From: Candidatus Hadarchaeota archaeon
Lineage (GTDB): Archaea > CAYQAE01 > CAYVLA01
Direction of reading: 5' to 3'
Assembly (NCBI GenBank): GCA_964452145.1
Contig: CAYVLA010000005.1
Coordinates: 21,459-85,458, forward strand
DNA: 64,000 nucleotides
In this document: positions 28,745 through 38,443 of the stretch, one piece after another
Numbering within the stretch: position 1 is the stretch's first letter
Layout: each line of letters starts with the position of its first letter
Program-made: the position numbers and the translations under genes
Notes under the pieces: generated by a model
What the model was told of the DNA's origin: nothing
The model's database searches: none
Seen by the model: the letters and a program-made list of their open reading frames with translations, nothing else

Positions 28745-29509
28745 ATGCCATGGGCAGAAGGGACAATCATCGATTCCAACTGTTATCTTGGCAACTGGCC
28801 GACCCGAAGCCTACCGGCAACCACGGCCGTTGAACTCGCAGCCATGGCCCGGGATAATGGAATCGACAGCTGCCTTGTTTCGCCCCTTGATGGGATATTC
28901 CACACAAACACCACGGCGGCCAACGAGAAGCTTGCACAGATGCTTGCGGGCTTCGAGGAATCGATGGTTCCCCTCCCGGTTGTCAATCCAGCCTCCCCTA
29001 TTTCGGGCCGTCCTATTGGAGGCTTCTTTAGACTGGCTCCGTCCTACCATGGATACTCCACCAGAAACAGGAAGTGCCGATCCGTCTTGGCGGATGCGGC
29101 GTCCAGGGGCCATTTGGTGTTACTCTCCCTTCGCATGAGGGATGAAAGGCTCAACCATTCTCTTTTCCGCCCAAAGCGAGTGAACCTAGAGGATCTGATC
29201 AGTTCCGCTCGGGGTATCAAGGACATTCGGCTGGTCGTCAACAACGCCAAGCCCAACGAGATGGAAGAGATCCTGCGTGATGCGCCTGATGGCACAATGG
29301 TCGGATGCGAATGGTCGATGCCCGTAGGTTTTCTTGAGAGAATGGTCGAGCACTACGGGGACTGGAGGCTGATCTACGGTAGCAATGCGCCGCTCCACTA
29401 CCACCAGTGCTCGCTTCTCCAAGTCCAACAGGCCGACATCCCAGGGGAGTCAAAACGAAGGATTCTTGGTGGCAACCTGGCAGAGCATCTACGAGACATA
29501 GCCCCGTGA
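28745..29509 (+). CDS. Amidohydrolase-like protein lacking the HxH metal motif
   Basis: IDSNCYLGNWP, VVNP, PSYHGY, YGSNAP, ILGGN. Confidence 0.7.
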   Translation: MPWAEGTIIDSNCYLGNWPTRSLPATTAVELAAMARDNGIDSCLVSPLDGIFHTNTTAANEKLAQMLAGFEESMVPLPVVNPASPISGRPIGGFFRLAPSYHGYSTRNRKCRSVLADAASRGHLVLLSLRMRDERLNHSLFRPKRVNLEDLISSARGIKDIRLVVNNAKPNEMEEILRDAPDGTMVGCEWSMPVGFLERMVEHYGDWRLIYGSNAPLHYHQCSLLQVQQADIPGESKRRILGGNLAEHLRDIAP

Positions 29510-29561
29510 GTCGCACAGTCTCAATAGAAGGGAGCGGCAACTAGGCAAGGCTTGGAGCACG

Positions 29562-30701
29562 CTAGACGGCTTCGTTGCGCCAGATGTAGAGGTCCAATGG
29601 CAGCAGGGCCCGGAGGAAGCGCATCCCCGGGGGCAGCTTCAGATCTTCGGGGAACCCTGGGCCGAACAGAAGATGAGCCATGACAGGCTCCGGCAGCACC
29701 AGGCCGCTCCGTGGCTCGGACCTTTCCAGGCGGATGCCCTCTTTCTCGAAGGAGATCTTGATCGCTGCTGGGGCGCCCTTCATTCTCAGAGTGACGCTCT
29801 TCCCCGGAGGAAGATCCATCGCTTGGTAAGCGGCTGCCAACTGGGCCGAGAACGCGTTGAGCGTCGAGCCCAGGTCCAGTACCTTGAACATCCTCATCCA
29901 GTCAAGGTGCCAGCCCGAACTCAGCAGCCTAGCCGTCCGGTTCAAGGGATGGGACCAAGGCAGAAAGAGGCTGATCGACTCTAAGCCGAACTGGGCGATC
30001 ATGTGGCTCAGAAGTGAGCACAGCCCTTCATCGCTTCCTGCGAACTCGTCCACCCTCGCTCGCTTCTGGTCCCTGTAGGCCACGGCGTAGGAATCCGGAA
30101 TGCCTCCTTTGGTGACGATCCACGTCTCCTTCCCGCATCTGTTCAGGAAAACCCTTTGCAGATTGGCGTCCCTCTGCAACCCCAGCGGGTACGCGTATCT
30201 GAGGCGGAGAGTGGCCTCCATCTCGTGGGCGCTATTTCCATGCTCCACTACGTCGAATCCCTTCGGGGCCGGCATTCCCCCGAGCGAACGGGCCGAGATA
30301 CTGTACTCCCATGAACGTCCGGCACACTCCCACCCAAAGCGAGCATAGCGCTGCCTGTCCCCAGCAAGGTCTGACATTGCATATCCCTGTCTTCTCAGCA
30401 GCTGGATGCAATTCCGAAGCAGGATGGTCATCAGACCCCTTCCCCTGCAGACGGGGTCCGTAGCCACCCAACCAATCCCCGCCACGCGGATCTGCGCTTG
30501 TCCCAGGGCCAAGGTTTGATCGGCCCACCCAACATGGCTAACAACCCTATCCCCGTCCTTGATGATGAGTGAATTGCGCATGATGCGCTCACAGTACGGC
30601 CAGTTCCGACCGGCAAGATCCCTATCCCCCGGGAAACATCTGCCCACGAGTTCCATGATTGATTCGAGGTCCTCAGGCGTTGACCGGATGGGCCCCTTCA
30701 T
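29562..30701 (-). CDS. GNAT acetyltransferase, Eis-like
   Basis: AGIGWVATDP.CRGRGLM, YARFGW; Eis-like length. Confidence 0.82.
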   Translation of the reverse strand: MKGPIRSTPEDLESIMELVGRCFPGDRDLAGRNWPYCERIMRNSLIIKDGDRVVSHVGWADQTLALGQAQIRVAGIGWVATDPVCRGRGLMTILLRNCIQLLRRQGYAMSDLAGDRQRYARFGWECAGRSWEYSISARSLGGMPAPKGFDVVEHGNSAHEMEATLRLRYAYPLGLQRDANLQRVFLNRCGKETWIVTKGGIPDSYAVAYRDQKRARVDEFAGSDEGLCSLLSHMIAQFGLESISLFLPWSHPLNRTARLLSSGWHLDWMRMFKVLDLGSTLNAFSAQLAAAYQAMDLPPGKSVTLRMKGAPAAIKISFEKEGIRLERSEPRSGLVLPEPVMAHLLFGPGFPEDLKLPPGMRFLRALLPLDLYIWRNEAV

Positions 30702-30895
30702 CGATTCATCATCTCGGAATCGTACACGCCATGCCAATATGAGGCATCATCGCCCCGATACGTTCCGGGAAAGGGATTGGGCCGATCAAGGGATTCGCGG
30801 CGGCACCGACCCTTAAGGATGCCGATGGGATAGGCGGATCGTCCGGTATCACCATATCTAGGCGATTCTGTTGAAGATGCATCGGTCAGGGCTCC

Positions 30896-32302
30896 TCAAA
30901 GAGTCCTCTTGCGAGTCGATGCGACGACCCACCTCGACCGCCGTCGAAGCGCGTCGGTGAGTCTTCTCTGGCCAGCCGGAGGGAAGATTGCGGCTAGCAG
31001 GACCCCTGTGAGGAGGATCAAGCTCAAAGCGATCTCCAGTGCCCCTCCCCAGAGGAGGGCGAATACCAGGACGATCACTAGGAGGGGCCAAGCTAGGTAG
31101 AGGATGATGCTCCTGCGCCCCCCGGTCCGGATGCAGAAAAAGAGAGTTGCGATCGCGATCGGCACGAGCGCCCAGAAGGCGAGGGCCGCCCACGCAGACC
31201 CGACCACCGATGCCAGTATCAGAAGCATGACAGCCCCGATGAAATCCACCCCGCTCACAAGTCGTCCCAAGCCTATCCCGAGGGCTCCCACGCTGATGTG
31301 TCCCAGAAGCAGCCCGATGAGCACCCCTAGCGCCACCCCGCCGCCGAGCCAGAAATAGGGGCTGGAGATGAGGGCGTCGCCCAAGGTCGGACGTATCCCG
31401 CGTACGACGAGATCCGCATCGAGGGCCTTCAGGTCTCCTTGGTACCTGAGTGCCGCAAACCAAGCGTCTCCATCAAAAAGCGCGGCAAGCCTGGGCTCGA
31501 TGTCATACAGGTCAGCTTCGTTGATCCGGAAGCGCACCGGACTGCCCAGAACGCCGTAGAACGTGGCGAAGGACATGAATTGTGGAAGTTGATCCTGGTA
31601 TATCGGTCCCTTGCTTATGGTGAAGACAGCCACGTCAACGCTGCCTGAGGCCATGGCGCTTATTCGCAGCGGGAAGTACAGGTCATCGGATCTGAACCTG
31701 TATATGATTGGCTCGATGCTCCGTGGCTCGGATGTGACATCGGTCACGTCCAGAACGAAGTATGGCTTGCCATCTTGGATGTACTGCGAAACGAGCGCGG
31801 ACAGCCTCTCCGATGAGATCTCCTTGGCAAGGCCCAGATCACTGAGGAACTGGCTCGCCCACTTCTCAAAACCATCAGCATCATCGGCCTTGACCACGGT
31901 TATGTCGTGCGCGCCGATTTTCTCGTGGAAGACTATGTCAACGCCGGGCCCCCGGCCCTTACCGCCTTCACTAAGCATCTTGGCCTCACGAAGAAGGGTC
32001 TCGACGGCGGTGAATGGGGTCCAGTCCGTCGCCTCTATCAGATCGGGCTTCGAGGGCAGTGGGAGGATCCCCAGGATCGTTGACCGGGAGTCGGCATAGA
32101 CATCGGTCGATAGGATCAGGACCTCATCGACCCCGTTCCAGGCCACTATGGCTTTCTGTCCGGGCCCGAAGACGGAGACATCCGCTAAGGGCAGCATCCC
32201 CCGGTCTGCCAAAACGTTCGGCAAGGCGGGACCCACAACGATGATCGCAAGAAGGACTCTGACAAGACTGCATTGATGCAAGGCGTCAACCCCTCTGCTC
32301 AA
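30896..32302 (-). CDS. DUF2330-like exported domain with C-terminal multi-TM region
   Basis: Signal peptide, QKAIVAWNG.DEVLIL, LPLPSKP, PIIYRF...LYFPLRIS; several C-terminal TM helices. Confidence 0.7.
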   Translation of the reverse strand: MSRGVDALHQCSLVRVLLAIIVVGPALPNVLADRGMLPLADVSVFGPGQKAIVAWNGVDEVLILSTDVYADSRSTILGILPLPSKPDLIEATDWTPFTAVETLLREAKMLSEGGKGRGPGVDIVFHEKIGAHDITVVKADDADGFEKWASQFLSDLGLAKEISSERLSALVSQYIQDGKPYFVLDVTDVTSEPRSIEPIIYRFRSDDLYFPLRISAMASGSVDVAVFTISKGPIYQDQLPQFMSFATFYGVLGSPVRFRINEADLYDIEPRLAALFDGDAWFAALRYQGDLKALDADLVVRGIRPTLGDALISSPYFWLGGGVALGVLIGLLLGHISVGALGIGLGRLVSGVDFIGAVMLLILASVVGSAWAALAFWALVPIAIATLFFCIRTGGRRSIILYLAWPLLVIVLVFALLWGGALEIALSLILLTGVLLAAIFPPAGQRRLTDALRRRSRWVVASTRKRTL

Positions 32303-32442
32303 GAAAGCAGCGTGCTTTCTGATAAATCCTCTCCCAATTGACTGGTTGATTGGGCTACAGCTAGGGCGAACGGGCAGCCACCAACCCGGTCAGGGCACTT
32401 CTCGCGCCTGTCATCGATCGCTCGCCGTCAGCGTCTTCGTAG

Positions 32443-33693
32443 CTACCTCTCGGCCCGAGTCACGCCGACCTCCTTGTACAACTTCCTCCTGACCAGAAGC
32501 GAGTAGACGACGAATCCGCATGCGAAGAACGTGCCGGTGACAGCCAACCACTCGGTTATGTAAACCCAGAGTAGCGCCCTATCCTTCAGCTTCATGGCAT
32601 CGTTTGCCGCCGAGAGGATCTGGGCCAGGGCCCGGTCGATTGTGTTCCAGGCCGCTTCGTAGTCCTGTTCCCGGTACCGGGCGAAGGACGCCTCCTTAAG
32701 ATCGTCCACCCCTGTTATCCGCTGTTCGATGCTCGCCGTGTTGCCCCCGAACCTGTCCACGAACTCCAGCAATGAGTACAAGAGGAGCCGCTCCTCGTTG
32801 TACCTCCAATACCTGTTTCGCAGCTCATGAAGCATGGAGATGTCCTGCGGGAGCCTGCGCCCGGTGGAGTAGAGAAGGATGTTGAGGAAGATGTCCATAC
32901 CGTAGTCGTTCGTTCTGGGCGACCACCAAGCATGATCCAGGTCGTCCGCCACGGCCCAGAACAGGCCCCCGCGGGATCCGGTTTGCCACGACACCAACCA
33001 GTCGCCCGGAGCACCAACAGGAAGGCCACTCGATGCCATCTTTCCCCAGATCGTAACGCCCGCCTTAGGATAGAGGTAGGTGAAGCCCGATCCAGATAGC
33101 CTTTCGATCCCGAATACAACAAACATTGATAGGACCTGAGGATCGTTCTTGGCAACCCTGATGCGGAACGGGGCTCCGTCCTGTCTCATGTTGTCGGTCA
33201 GTTGGACGGGAAGGAGGTCGCACAGGACCGAGTTCTTCCATCCCGGATAAGCCTTGTAACTGGGACCGGATAGATCGCCCCCCATCGTGACGAAGGCACC
33301 GACGCCGTTCTCCATGGCATACCTGATGTCGGCTTGCTGAGACGGGGTGAAGGGCTCGATGTAACCGTCCGGAAAGGCGATGAACTCAAAGCTTTCCATC
33401 AACGCGTTCCGCGTCTTGGGGAAGTAGATCCTGATGTATCTGCGCCACGCATCCTCCATCACGCGCTGCCCGGCAACCCCTTGTCCCGCCATCACGTCGA
33501 TGTCGGTGGGGATGAGGAGATAGTCTACCAGGGGGTCGGCTTCGAACCAGATCGGGATCAGGCACTCCCCAGGCATGACCTGGCCTATGGCCAAGACGTT
33601 GAGCCTCTCGGTGCACAGGGCCCCGGGCACTACAAGCAGGATCAAGGGAATCGCGAAGGCGACCTCCGCAACCATGTACTGCGATCTGGGCAA
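32443..33693 (-). CDS. Membrane-anchored surface protein, paralog 6
   Basis: RIYFPK, GVGAFVTMGG, LPQDISMLHELR, FVDRFGGN, ALLWVYITEW...LVRRKLYKEVGVTR. Confidence 0.82.
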   Translation of the reverse strand: MPRSQYMVAEVAFAIPLILLVVPGALCTERLNVLAIGQVMPGECLIPIWFEADPLVDYLLIPTDIDVMAGQGVAGQRVMEDAWRRYIRIYFPKTRNALMESFEFIAFPDGYIEPFTPSQQADIRYAMENGVGAFVTMGGDLSGPSYKAYPGWKNSVLCDLLPVQLTDNMRQDGAPFRIRVAKNDPQVLSMFVVFGIERLSGSGFTYLYPKAGVTIWGKMASSGLPVGAPGDWLVSWQTGSRGGLFWAVADDLDHAWWSPRTNDYGMDIFLNILLYSTGRRLPQDISMLHELRNRYWRYNEERLLLYSLLEFVDRFGGNTASIEQRITGVDDLKEASFARYREQDYEAAWNTIDRALAQILSAANDAMKLKDRALLWVYITEWLAVTGTFFACGFVVYSLLVRRKLYKEVGVTRAER

Positions 33694-33792
33694 GGAGAGT
33701 CCCCTAGAGAAAGGACGTCGGTGCAGCTCTTAAGGGTTTTGAAGAGGAAGAAAGAGGCAAAGACTCGGGGAGCCCCCGACCCCCTCTAGGAC

Positions 33793-34266
33793 CTATCTGG
33801 GGACAAGGGACATCCTGTCGTCCACAGACAGCCTTCCAGCAAGGCCAGCGCCCCGGATCGTTATCGTCACGTCGCCCGAGAGGGACCGAAGCGTCACGAC
33901 GTTGCGCGAGCGGTCAACCTCCGTCACGACGCACGCGATCTCATCGGGAAGTCCATCTCCACCCATTCTGCCTCTCTCAGCGTCCCTGTACGCGCGTAGG
34001 AGCTCCCGGCCCTCGGTGCTTAGGATCGACCTGCCTCCCTCCCGGCCACCTCGGAACGACACCACGACGGGAGAACCGAAGGCATCGGCCATCCTAGACA
34101 CCATGTCCCAGGCATGCCTATAGGAAAGCCCCATCCTGGAGGCGGCCTGCCTTATGGAGCCCGTTGCGTCGATCTCCTCCAGCAACCTTGCCCTACCCTT
34201 GCCTATGAGGGGCTTGCCCTCCTTCTCGATCCATACCTTGGCTCGAGCGGTGCCCGTGTCATCCAC
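33793..34266 (-). CDS. ModE-like winged-HTH molybdate/tungstate regulator with short TOBE-like C-terminus
   Basis: GKGRARLLEEI..TGSIRQAA..MGLSYRHAW...RGGREGGRS. Confidence 0.85.
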   Translation of the reverse strand: MDDTGTARAKVWIEKEGKPLIGKGRARLLEEIDATGSIRQAASRMGLSYRHAWDMVSRMADAFGSPVVVSFRGGREGGRSILSTEGRELLRAYRDAERGRMGGDGLPDEIACVVTEVDRSRNVVTLRSLSGDVTITIRGAGLAGRLSVDDRMSLVPR

Positions 34267-34981
34267 CTCGGAGCATTCTGTATCTCCTGATGATCTCCTC
34301 GATTACGTTGCCATCCTCGACCCTAGCCCCAAGATGCCTGAGGATCTCGGGCGAGTAGATCCATGCCTCTCTTTCGTTGAAGGATACGCACCTCATATCT
34401 TCCAGCTTCAGTGTGGGATAGCAGGAGCTCAAGAGATACGTGTAGGCGGCGACCTGGGGCATTGAGCATAGGAACCTGCCCTCAGGTTTGTAGTCGATGA
34501 TCTCCATACAGCTCGGACAGATCCTCACCAAGTCGACGTGTCCCGTCAGCCTCAGAAAACCCGACCAGACCGGAACCTCCATCGCCACCATGCCCAATTC
34601 GTTCTTCAGCAGGTAGTCTTGGACCTGAAAATGTCTGTCTGGCACCTTCCTCAGGCGGGCTACGGATCCGCATATCGGTTCAAAGGCACCCTCCCCGGCG
34701 CAGGTATCCAGAATACCTTCGTCCTCCATATGGGAGATGAACCACTCATCCGAGACACGCCTTGGCATTCTGAGCCTCGACGCGCGGTCATACTGCTCGC
34801 TTTCGAAGGCGTTGAGGGGGATTCTGCCCTGTGCGACCGAGAGCAAGGCATACCAAAGATCCCTGCTGTGATTCTGGTCGAACTGCCGGTGATGCTGGAG
34901 GTTCCATTGGAACAGATACCTGACGCCGAGGTGTCTGAAGCCCTTCCTGACGATGATCCTGTGATCCATATCTTCAGCCAA
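34259..34981 (-). CDS. PD-(D/E)XK superfamily nuclease-like protein
   Basis: EVPV, GHVDLV, IIDYKP, QVAAY. Confidence 0.72.
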   Translation of the reverse strand: MAEDMDHRIIVRKGFRHLGVRYLFQWNLQHHRQFDQNHSRDLWYALLSVAQGRIPLNAFESEQYDRASRLRMPRRVSDEWFISHMEDEGILDTCAGEGAFEPICGSVARLRKVPDRHFQVQDYLLKNELGMVAMEVPVWSGFLRLTGHVDLVRICPSCMEIIDYKPEGRFLCSMPQVAAYTYLLSSCYPTLKLEDMRCVSFNEREAWIYSPEILRHLGARVEDGNVIEEIIRRYRMLRGG

Positions 34982-34992
34982 TGGATCGGCAC

Positions 34993-35388
34993 CTACTGCT
35001 CGGCCATTATGTAGCGGGTCTGCTCGATCCCGCGGATCCCCCTGATCCTAGAGATGAGGATGCGCATCTCGTCGCTCTTGCCCTTGGTCAGAAAGACCGT
35101 GATGTTCCTATCGCCGCTGATCCTGAAGGTCACCTCGCCTTCAATGAGCCTTGAGAACTGGGATCTAAGGCGGTTGATCCGTCCCGTTTCGTCCTCGCCG
35201 GCCCGGTAGACGAACATAATCGCGTCGTAGACATCTTCCTTTACCCTGCGGTACATCCTCTGCTCGGATATGTAGCTCCTGATTGCGTCTCTTATGGCCT
35301 CGCTTCTGGATGAGTAGCCCACGACCTCCTCCATGAGCTGAAGTTCCTTCATCAGGGCCTCCGGGATGTTCAGGCTCACGATCGGCAT
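34993..35388 (-). CDS. NikR-like ribbon-helix-helix regulator with degenerate metal site
   Basis: VSLNIP..L..EL......GYSSRSEAIRDAIR plus an ACT-like C-domain (KG....R.L...I..IRGI). Confidence 0.8.
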   Translation of the reverse strand: MPIVSLNIPEALMKELQLMEEVVGYSSRSEAIRDAIRSYISEQRMYRRVKEDVYDAIMFVYRAGEDETGRINRLRSQFSRLIEGEVTFRISGDRNITVFLTKGKSDEMRILISRIRGIRGIEQTRYIMAEQ

Positions 35389-35420
35389 TGGGGTCTCCGT
35401 CGCGACTCGTCGTCAGTTCA

Positions 35421-35434
35421 CCTTAAATCTTTCG
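35421..35434 (-). promoter_or_regulatory. BRE + TATA promoter of the NikR-like / nuclease / ModE-like operon
   Basis: Minus strand reads CGAAAGATTTAAGG about 35 nt upstream of the ATG. Confidence 0.65.
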
Positions 35435-35780
35435 CCGTTGCTGGTGGTGGCCGAGCTGCTCAGGTGTGGTCGAACGCGTGTGCGAGATCCAGTGTGATCA
35501 TCTGCATTGACATGGTAAGCGTCAGGCGGAAGTTGCGGAGGGCGACTTGTCTTAAGACTGCTGATGGTTGTGAGAGATCTTTGCCGAGATCCCTCCTGCG
35601 GTGAACTGGCTGTGCAGCCGTCGGCCATTATCAACATCTCTCCGTCCGAGACGCTGGTTGTTCAGGGAGGCATGATGCGTGAGATACTGCCGGGGCGACG
35701 GCCGATCCAGACTGGGTCCGGTGATGATGCTAGGGTGGTAGGATCGTCGCTCTCGTTGCCTCCCGGGTCCTTGACCGGGC

Positions 35781-38084
35781 TCACGAGTCCATCAGAACCT
35801 GGGCGGCTGCAACTTGGCCAAGACTTACGCATCCGTCTCCGGGCGGCAGGTAGACATGCTTGACAAGCTCTCTTCCCAGGTTCGCCTCCATCACCGAAAC
35901 GATCTGCCGGTTGTACATCACCCCGCCGGAGGCCGCGACAGCATCCGGTGCCAGGTCCTCGGCGCATAGGTCGGCGAGTTCGGCCAGGCCCCTAGCAATG
36001 GCTGTCTGAGAGGAAGCCGCAACATCCTCCCTGGATCGCCTGTGCTCCAAGGCCTCCACCGCCCCCTGTACAAGGGCCGTTGTGTTCAGAATGTACCTGC
36101 CCTCCCATCTTTCCACCACGACCGGAATGTCCACGGCCTCGCCATCTCCGCGGCCTGCGACGCCTTCCAGCCTCATCGCGCCTTCTCCCTCGTAGGTTCG
36201 CCGGAAGCTGATGCCCAGCAGAACCGATATGGCGTCGAGAATCCTTCCTGTGCTCGTCGTATACGACACGTTGTAACCCGTCTGTAGCTGGCGCAGTATC
36301 AAACCCAACTCACGTTCCCCCTTGGCTAGGCCATCGAAGCAGAACCGCCTGATCAGTCTGCTGATCCTCTTTTCCTCGTATACTTGAGATAGGATGCCCA
36401 CCAGCATCCTGATCGGGTAGATAGCGGCAAGGTCCCCTCCTATGAGGGGCTGGGGCTTGAGAAATGCCATCCTCTCCGTCTTCGGTCCTACCGCTAGAAT
36501 CTCGCCTCCCCATGCCTGGTTCGGGGTGCCGTACCCTACCCCATCGCACACTATCCCCAGGACCTGCTTGTCACGGTCGATGCCGTTCTCGGCCATGACG
36601 CTGTGGAGATGGGCGAAATGGTGCTGAACCGGGAACGCTGGGCATGACCACCTCTCGGCCAAGGATTGCGCCAACTTCGTCGAGAGAAAGGCTGGATGGA
36701 GGTCATGGGCCACAGCGTCTAGGCGCAGCGTGTTCGTGGTCCTCATCAGCGCCGAGATGGCGTCCTTGAGGTAGTTGAAAGTGTCGAAGTTGGATGTGTT
36801 CCCGATGTGCTGGGTGAGATACGCCAGGCCGTCCTTGGCGATGCATGCCGTGGATGATAGTTCCGGGCCCACGCCCAGCACGGCTTTCTCACCTTTCCAG
36901 GGCAGAGGAATGGGATGTGGTACGTATCCCCTGCTCCTTCGGATCATAACCGGGTGGGACTGATGAAACCTCACCACGCTATCATCGCATCGATTCACTA
37001 TCTCCCTGTCGTGCCAGAGGATGTAGTCTATCCCTCGAAGCCTGTCCCTGAGCCTGGCGGCTTCAAGGATCATCGGCTCATCGTGTACGTTCGCGGAGGT
37101 CATTACCAGAGCCGGCTCCTTGCTGGCGGCCAGAACCATGTGGTGGAGAGGTGTGTAGGGAAGCATAACGCCTATGTTACCCAGATCGGGGGCAAGCATG
37201 GAGGAGAGCGGGAAAGGCTCCCGTTTATCAAGCACGACTATCGGCCTTCTCCAATCCGTGAGGGCTTCCTCCTCCCTTTGGCCAACGACAGCGAAGGTGC
37301 GAGCATCTTGGAGTGAGCGGGCCATGATGGCGAAGGGTTGGTAGGGCCTCTTGAGTATCCTCCTCAACCTCCTGATGGGCCTGTCTTCCAGCACACCGCA
37401 TGCCAGATGGCTTCCCCCGATGCCTTTGATCGCGACCAGGTGCCCGCGGCCAAGAAGGGTGGCCGCGCGCCTGACCGGGTCCGAGCATCTGATCCTGTGG
37501 CCTTCCGGCCCAATGAGCCACACCTTGGGCCCGCAGGCCGGACAGGAAATGGTCTGGGCATGGTATCTCCTGTCACCCGGGTCGGTGTACTCGGCTAGAC
37601 AATCGCGGCAGAGGGTGAAGGGCTTCATGGAGGTGTTGTCTCGGTCGAAGGGGGCCCCCCTGGATATTGTGAACCTCGGTCCGCAGTCGGTACATGTGAC
37701 GAAAGGGTATCCATGGCGTCGATCCTGGGGGTTCGTCAGCTCGGCCAGGCAAAGATCACAGGTTGCGACGTCCTGCGGTATGAAGGAAACGGAGGCCGCC
37801 TCATCGGGTATCCCGCTTTCGAGTATGTGAAAGCCCTCACGACGGTTTTGGACGACCTCTTGCGTATTAAGGGTGAAGATCTCGGCGAGGGGAGGGAGCG
37901 AGGCTCTCAGCTTGGCAAGGAAGACATCTATGGTGGCCTTCTCGCCATCAAGCAGGATCTCCACGTTGCCGTTGCCCATGTTCCGGACATGACCTGAGAG
38001 GCCCAGCGCTAGTGCAAGCCTGTAAACCGAGGGCCGGAAGCCGACGCCCTGCACCCTGCCCTGAGCCGAGACCCTCAGCTGCAT
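35781..38084 (-). CDS. hypF: Hydrogenase maturation carbamoyltransferase HypF
   Basis: GRVQGVGFRP acylphosphatase domain, CxxC zinc fingers, KGIGG, HDLHP, VQHHFAH, DGVGYG, GDG. Confidence 0.96.
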   Translation of the reverse strand: MQLRVSAQGRVQGVGFRPSVYRLALALGLSGHVRNMGNGNVEILLDGEKATIDVFLAKLRASLPPLAEIFTLNTQEVVQNRREGFHILESGIPDEAASVSFIPQDVATCDLCLAELTNPQDRRHGYPFVTCTDCGPRFTISRGAPFDRDNTSMKPFTLCRDCLAEYTDPGDRRYHAQTISCPACGPKVWLIGPEGHRIRCSDPVRRAATLLGRGHLVAIKGIGGSHLACGVLEDRPIRRLRRILKRPYQPFAIMARSLQDARTFAVVGQREEEALTDWRRPIVVLDKREPFPLSSMLAPDLGNIGVMLPYTPLHHMVLAASKEPALVMTSANVHDEPMILEAARLRDRLRGIDYILWHDREIVNRCDDSVVRFHQSHPVMIRRSRGYVPHPIPLPWKGEKAVLGVGPELSSTACIAKDGLAYLTQHIGNTSNFDTFNYLKDAISALMRTTNTLRLDAVAHDLHPAFLSTKLAQSLAERWSCPAFPVQHHFAHLHSVMAENGIDRDKQVLGIVCDGVGYGTPNQAWGGEILAVGPKTERMAFLKPQPLIGGDLAAIYPIRMLVGILSQVYEEKRISRLIRRFCFDGLAKGERELGLILRQLQTGYNVSYTTSTGRILDAISVLLGISFRRTYEGEGAMRLEGVAGRGDGEAVDIPVVVERWEGRYILNTTALVQGAVEALEHRRSREDVAASSQTAIARGLAELADLCAEDLAPDAVAASGGVMYNRQIVSVMEANLGRELVKHVYLPPGDGCVSLGQVAAAQVLMDS

Positions 38085-38215
38085 CCAACCCCGGACCCAT
38101 AGGGAGATCAAAAATCTAATCCCGGATGCCATTGATTCCCGGCTTGGCGGAATGCTGCCCCGATCTGCAAAGATTTTTTTGTCGTCCGGGGACGATTGCC
38201 AAGGAGGTCGTCGAC

Positions 38216-38443
38216 TTGTGTCTGGCAATACCCGGCAGACTCGAGGCTATGGAAGGCAGGAGTGGCGTTGTCGATTTCGGCGGCATCAGACACAGGGTTG
38301 ACATATCACTCCTCGACAAGGTGAAGGTGGGAGACTACCTCATAGTTCACGCAGGTTTCGCCATCCAGATCCTAGACGAGGACGAAGCGCTAGAGACCCT
38401 CCATCTCATTCGACAGCTTGAGGAGATGGCGGGGCAGGAGTGA
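38216..38443 (+). CDS. hypC: Hydrogenase assembly chaperone HypC
   Basis: TTG start after GGAGGT; MCLAIPG, GDYLIVHAGFAI. Confidence 0.95.
   Translation: MCLAIPGRLEAMEGRSGVVDFGGIRHRVDISLLDKVKVGDYLIVHAGFAIQILDEDEALETLHLIRQLEEMAGQE

Noticed and set aside
34259..34981. Cas4 / CRISPR-associated nuclease
   Set aside because: It lacks the four-Cys Fe-S pattern of Cas4, and there are no cas genes or repeat-spacer array in the window
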